The notes beneath the pieces were generated by a model. That model was not told the DNA's origin. It searched no databases and saw nothing but the letters and a program-made list of their open reading frames with translations. 64,000 nt of DNA from positions 1,984,001-2,048,000 of the forward strand of contig CDROCS010000506.1 of assembly GCA_977020255.1 (NCBI GenBank), read 5' to 3'. Both the position numbers and the translations under genes were made by a program. Each line of letters begins with the position of its first letter. Within the stretch, counting starts at the first letter, position 1. This document shows positions 63,536-64,000 of this stretch, piece after piece. The stretch comes from Obrimoposthia wandeli (lineage: Eukaryota).

Positions 63536-64000
63536 ATGAGTACCAAAAAGCAAATTTTAGTCGTTGACGATGATGTAGAAATCAAAGAATTACTCAGTGA
63601 ATATCTCGATCAAGCAGGATTTTCAGTGCTAACCGCTGGCGAAGGCAAAGAAATGCAACGCGTACTCGCAACCAACACCCCCGATCTTATCGTCTTAGAT
63701 GTGATGATGCCTGGTGATGATGGTTTTACCTTATGCCAAAAAATCCGCCGTACTTCGCAAGTACCTATCATCATGTTAACTGCCAATTCAGATGAAGCAG
63801 ATCGCATTGTAGGACTGGAAATTGGTGCTGATGATTACATGGCGAAACCTTTTAGCCCGCGTGAATTACTGGCGCGCATTAAAGCGTTATTACGTCGTTC
63901 AAGTTATACCAAGCCAACCCAAGGTCGCTATTTTGTGTTTGCCAATTGGAAACTCGATACCTTAACACGTCAACTTATTAACTTAACCGATAACAACGCC
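63536..64000 (+). CDS. OmpR-family response regulator, 3'-truncated by the window edge
   Basis: Translated by hand: MSTKKQILVVDDD...DLIVLDVMMPGDDG...MLTA...GADDYMAKPFSPRELLARIKALLRR. Missing from the ORF track. Confidence 0.93.
   Translation, partial: MSTKKQILVVDDDVEIKELLSEYLDQAGFSVLTAGEGKEMQRVLATNTPDLIVLDVMMPGDDGFTLCQKIRRTSQVPIIMLTANSDEADRIVGLEIGADDYMAKPFSPRELLARIKALLRRSSYTKPTQGRYFVFANWKLDTLTRQLINLTDNNA

Overview
Core-chromosome segment of an AT-rich marine gammaproteobacterium; the 16S sequence and gene content look Moritella-like (inference, not searched). Left to right: arginine deiminase genes arcA(partial)-arcC-arcB, then a leader/attenuator with pyrBI and an ArgR paralog; a 2x GST-N protein; a single-chain 3x Rid (YjgF/UK114) protein behind a class II CRP-type promoter; ilvC/ilvY with conserved operators; an ilv cluster broken up by insertions (ilvL-GMED | ald, bax-like, DAACS symporter | ilvA | rlmJ, hydrolase, K+ channel, ubiK); yifB, two tandem YihG-like acyltransferases and an acyl-CoA ligase; dsbA-srkA-ccoG; a MocR regulator; a DedA/TVP38-flavoprotein disulfide reductase fusion; a lysine/polyamine block (LysR, mdtJI, a LysRS, pdxY, cadA-cadB-cadC); a complete minus-strand rRNA operon (16S, tRNA-Ile, tRNA-Ala, 23S, 5S, tRNA-Asp) followed by a remodelled tRNA-Asp copy; hemG-trkH-yigZ; fadBA; and a partial OmpR-family regulator. 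No CRISPR array, IS or prophage seen. Most interesting: the three-domain Rid with altered active-site residues, the tRNA-Asp-derived element with motif-bearing insertions and an alternative stem, the cad-pdxY-LysRS-mdtJI block, and three perfect microsatellites, one G-quadruplex-like and upstream of cadB.
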